A stretch of 9,087 bases of DNA, taken from Verrucomicrobiota bacterium (GTDB lineage Bacteria > Verrucomicrobiota > Verrucomicrobiia > Chthoniobacterales > UBA6821). How positions within the stretch are numbered: the stretch's first letter is position 1; the number at the start of each line of letters is the position of its first letter. Below the pieces are notes generated by a model. That model did no database searches. It was not told the DNA's origin and saw only the letters and a list, made by a program, of their open reading frames with translations. The stretch is from positions 1 to 9,087 of the forward strand of contig WBXG01000065.1 in NCBI GenBank assembly GCA_008932965.1, given 5' to 3'. The position numbers and the translations under genes are program-made. Shown here in pieces: positions 6,339 to 9,087 of the stretch.

Positions 6339-7883
6339 ATGATGAATTGCTCTCTTTCCACCTCCTCTGATCCCCTAGGTAGGATTATTCCAGAACCGTG
6401 TTCATTAGTGATTTTTGGGGCAACCGGCGATTTAACCCATCGCAAGTTAATCCCTGCACTCTATAATTTGGCAGCTGAGGGGAGCTTGCCCCCTTCCTTG
6501 AATGTTATTGGTGTAGCACGTCGTGAAAAAAGCAATGATGCATTTCGTGATGAATTAAAAATTTCTACTTCAAAGTTTTCTCGCTCTCCAGTAAGTGAGG
6601 ACCAATGGGAGAAATTTTCCGGCTCTGTTTCATACCATCGTACCGAGTTTCACTCCTTTGAAGGTTATTTAGAACTTGCAAAAAAATTATCAGATTATGA
6701 ATCAACTCATAGTGTCCCTGCAAATCGTCTTTTTTACTTTGCGGTTGCCCCAGATCAATTTGAGGTAATTTTGCATCATCTCAAGCAGAGCGGTCTAAGT
6801 AAACCTCAAGAAAATGCTTGGACTCGAGTCATTATTGAAAAACCATTTGGGACGAATCTTGAAACAGCAGGTCATCTCAACAAGCTCGTCCATGATTCTT
6901 TTCCTGAATCATCTACCTATCGTATCGATCATTATTTGGGCAAAGAAACGGCACAAAATATCATGGTGCTGCGCTTTGCCAACTCTATTTTTGAATCTAT
7001 TTGGAATTCAAAACATATCCATCATGTTCAGATCACAGCAGCTGAATCGCTCGGTGTTGAGGGGCGTGCAGGATATTATGATCAAGCAGGTGCCCTGCGT
7101 GATATGGTTCAAAATCATCTCTTGCAACTCTTAACTCTCACCGCTATGGAACCTCCCATGAGTATGAGTGCTGACTCTATTCGTGATGAAAAAGTGAAAG
7201 TATTAAAATCATTACGTCCGATCAAAGGGGATTCGGTTGTGAAAAATGTTGTGAGAGCCCAGTACACGGATGGAATGATTCTTAATCAATCAACCTTGGG
7301 ATATAAAGAAGAGCCAGGAGTGGCGAAGGATTCTTCAACGGAGACCTATGTGGCTCTCCAGATTGCTATTGATAATTGGCGTTGGGCAGGAGTTCCTTTT
7401 TTTGTAAGAGCAGGAAAAAGAATGCCTCATGCAGGGACAGAAATTGCGATTGTTTTTAAAGAAGTCCCTCCAGTCCTTTTTAATACAATGGGGCATGTTT
7501 TAGACCCTAATGTATTAGTCATTCGAATTCAACCTGACGAAGGTATCTCCTTTACGATGTCTGCAAAGACACCAGGTTCTAGACTTCATATTGAGCCAGT
7601 AAAAATGGACTTTCATTACGGCACCTCCTTTGAAAAACCCAATCCTGAAGCCTATGAAAGATTGCTCCTGGATGCCATGAATGGAGATGCCACCCTTTTT
7701 GCTCGTAGTGATGAAGTGGAAGAGGCCTGGACTTTTATTGATGGTATTGAAGAAGCATGGAACTCTTGCTCCGATGATCTTGATTTTTATCCTGGTGGAA
7801 GCTGGGGGCCAGAGTCCGCAGATGCTCTATTGCACAAGAACCAGGCTAGCTGGAGAACACTTTCTTTCAAAAACACGAAATAA
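6339..7883 (+). CDS. zwf: Glucose-6-phosphate 1-dehydrogenase
   Basis: The 514-aa product has the NADP-binding motif IFGATGDL, the EKPFG motif and the active-site motif RIDHYLGKE. Tandem ATGATG is at 6339-6344, so the start could be either Met. It begins 5 nt after the glyA stop. Confidence 0.95.
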   Translation: MMNCSLSTSSDPLGRIIPEPCSLVIFGATGDLTHRKLIPALYNLAAEGSLPPSLNVIGVARREKSNDAFRDELKISTSKFSRSPVSEDQWEKFSGSVSYHRTEFHSFEGYLELAKKLSDYESTHSVPANRLFYFAVAPDQFEVILHHLKQSGLSKPQENAWTRVIIEKPFGTNLETAGHLNKLVHDSFPESSTYRIDHYLGKETAQNIMVLRFANSIFESIWNSKHIHHVQITAAESLGVEGRAGYYDQAGALRDMVQNHLLQLLTLTAMEPPMSMSADSIRDEKVKVLKSLRPIKGDSVVKNVVRAQYTDGMILNQSTLGYKEEPGVAKDSSTETYVALQIAIDNWRWAGVPFFVRAGKRMPHAGTEIAIVFKEVPPVLFNTMGHVLDPNVLVIRIQPDEGISFTMSAKTPGSRLHIEPVKMDFHYGTSFEKPNPEAYERLLLDAMNGDATLFARSDEVEEAWTFIDGIEEAWNSCSDDLDFYPGGSWGPESADALLHKNQASWRTLSFKNTK

Positions 7884-7884
7884 T

Positions 7885-8595
7885 TTACCCCCCAAGGTAT
7901 CCTGCTCGTACTTTTGGATTTCTTAGTAAATCTTCCCCTGTTCCTGAAAGAGTGATGGTTCCTAATTCCATAAGATAAGCATGATGGGCGATTTTAAGAG
8001 CCATTGTGGCATTTTGTTCGATAAGAAGAATGGTCATTCCCTCAGAATTGATTTTTTTAATGATAGAAAAGATTTCTTGAACGAGGAGGGGAGCAAGTCC
8101 CATCGAAGGCTCATCAAGGAGGAGTAATTGAGGTTCTGTCATGAGGGCTCTACCAAGAGCTAACATCTGCTGCTCACCACCCGATAAGGTTCCTGCAATT
8201 TGTGACAAACGTTCCTGGAGTCTTGGGAAAAAATAAAAAACACGATCGAGGTTTGTTTGACGTTGTTTTTTGTGAGGAGTCTTCCAAGCCCCTAGTATCA
8301 AGTTTTCTAGGACCGTGAGGTTGCCAAAAATAGAACGACCTTCAGGAACGAGATTGATGCCATGGGAAGCTCTTATATCGGGCTCTTCAGCTTTTAAGAG
8401 TTTTCCCTGAAAGAAAAGTTTCCCTTCATATGGAGTAGCTCCAGCAATAGCTTTGAGTGCCGAAGATTTACCGGCACCATTGGAGCCGATGAGGGTAATA
8501 ATTTTTCCATTGGGAACTTCTAAAGAGATACCACGAACGGCTTTTACTTCACCGTAAGAAACAAGCAAGTGATTGACAGAGAGAATTGAAATCAT
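7885..8595 (-). CDS. livF: Branched-chain amino acid (LIV-type) ABC transporter ATP-binding protein, LivF-like
   Basis: It has Walker A GSNGAGKSS, Q-loop region LVPEGRSIF, signature LSGGEQQ, Walker B LLLLDEPS and H-loop region LLIEQNA. The C-terminal end ...VRAGYLGG resembles E. coli LivF (...VRSAYLGG, from memory). The ORF track starts at 8643. The internal Met at 8595 (MISILSVNHLLVSYG...) gives the canonical ~236-aa length and N-terminus, so I prefer it. Confidence 0.85.
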   Translation of the reverse strand: MISILSVNHLLVSYGEVKAVRGISLEVPNGKIITLIGSNGAGKSSALKAIAGATPYEGKLFFQGKLLKAEEPDIRASHGINLVPEGRSIFGNLTVLENLILGAWKTPHKKQRQTNLDRVFYFFPRLQERLSQIAGTLSGGEQQMLALGRALMTEPQLLLLDEPSMGLAPLLVQEIFSIIKKINSEGMTILLIEQNATMALKIAHHAYLMELGTITLSGTGEDLLRNPKVRAGYLGG

Positions 8596-8618
8596 TTGAT
8601 GGAAAAATCTAGTTGATT

Positions 8619-8647
8619 CTTTTAAAAATAGATAGTCTCGCATGCAA
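8619..8647 (-). promoter_or_regulatory. Weak candidate sigma70-type promoter for livF
   Basis: On the - strand, TTGCAT (complement of 8642-8647) is followed by a 17-nt spacer and TAAAAG (complement of 8619-8624). That would place a transcription start roughly 15-20 nt upstream of the 8595 ATG. Both hexamers match consensus poorly and AT-rich DNA yields many such hits. Confidence 0.2.
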
Positions 8648-8665
8648 GAGAAACAATTTGAAAAA

Positions 8666-9087
8666 ATGAGAATTCCAAAAATAGTAGTTTATTCGAGTGC
8701 TTTTTTTATCTTTTCTATATTGCATCTTTTTTCTATGGAAACGGACGAACATAAACTTCCTATGCTTCATGCTCGTGATCTTAATGGGCATCGACGGATA
8801 TTGCCTGATGATTTACCGGCAAAGAAAACGCTCCTCCTCATTGCCTTTAAAAGGCAACAACAGGAATCGGTTGACTCTTGGATTGGTGGTTTAGATCTTA
8901 ACTCACCACACAACAATATTTCATGGTTGGAGCTACCGCTTTTACATAAAGGATGGAAATGGATCGCTCCATGGATTAACCAAGGGATGAGGCACGGTAT
9001 TACAGAAAAAAAACTCCGAGCCCATGTTGTGACAATTTACACGGACCGATCTTCTTTTTTAAAAGCTATGGGTCTTACCTCCACACA
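8666..9087 (+). CDS. Hypothetical exported protein, 3'-truncated by the window edge (not in the supplied ORF track)
   Basis: I translated this frame by hand. It is open from ATG 8642 to the last base with no stop (at least 148 codons). The ATG at 8666 gives MRIPKIVVYSSAFFIFSILHLFS-METDEH..., a signal-peptide-like N-terminus. The sequence continues ...LHARDLNGHRRILPDDLPAKKTLLLIAFKRQQQESVDSWIGGL...LELPLLHKGWKWIAPWINQGMRHGI.... It is longer and more protein-like than the listed 65-aa ORF 8697..8894 in another frame. Confidence 0.6.
   Translation, partial: MRIPKIVVYSSAFFIFSILHLFSMETDEHKLPMLHARDLNGHRRILPDDLPAKKTLLLIAFKRQQQESVDSWIGGLDLNSPHNNISWLELPLLHKGWKWIAPWINQGMRHGITEKKLRAHVVTIYTDRSSFLKAMGLTST

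Noticed and set aside
5167-7926. Listed ORFs 5167..5376(-), 5422..5775(-), 5684..5989(+), 6814..7134(+) and 7681..7926(+).
   Set aside because: They are nested within glyA or zwf in other frames or on the other strand. Both host genes have unambiguous family motifs, and the nested products have none.
8609-8894. Listed ORFs 8609..8791(-) and 8697..8894(+).
   Set aside because: Both overlap the longer stop-free + strand frame (8642 to the window end) that encodes a signal peptide and a more protein-like sequence. They are probably shadow ORFs.
1-9087. Scan for CRISPR repeats, IS/transposase or integrase genes, toxin-antitoxin pairs and defence-system signatures.
   Set aside because: I found no regularly spaced direct repeats. 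No ORF has a DDE, tyrosine- or serine-recombinase motif or a nuclease, helicase or ATPase motif typical of defence systems. Gene content is core metabolism, translation and envelope.

Overview
This is an AT-rich bacterial chromosomal window (roughly 40% GC by eye, not computed) made up mostly of housekeeping genes. On the + strand it holds ffh (5'-truncated), rpsP, a tiny putative lipoprotein ORF, a HAD-IB-type hydrolase, a ~780-aa polytopic membrane protein with YfhO/GT-C-like architecture, and glyA followed directly by zwf. A stand-alone livF-like ABC ATPase lies on the - strand. A signal-peptide ORF on the + strand runs off the 3' edge and is missing from the supplied ORF track. I see no CRISPR array, transposase, integrase, tRNA/rRNA gene or recognisable defence gene, and I cannot support a claim of a new multi-gene system. 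The most interesting unexplained signal is a ~133-nt element in the 273-nt glyA leader. It is closed by a 15-bp inverted repeat whose only two mismatches are G-U-compatible on the + strand, and it contains several mutually exclusive CTAGC/GCTAG pairings. That pattern fits a cis-regulatory RNA I cannot match from memory to a known riboswitch class, though a MITE-like repeat is the alternative. Secondary points are the uncharacterised GT-C-like membrane protein next to a HAD phosphatase, a 10-bp inverted repeat abutting the ORF-track GTG (2455) and lying about 36 nt upstream of the preferred ATG (2491), the orphan livF converging on zwf with a 1-nt gap, and a general lack of Shine-Dalgarno motifs. 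Taxonomy cannot be assigned from this window. Protein flavour is loosely compatible with the PVC superphylum, but that is a guess.
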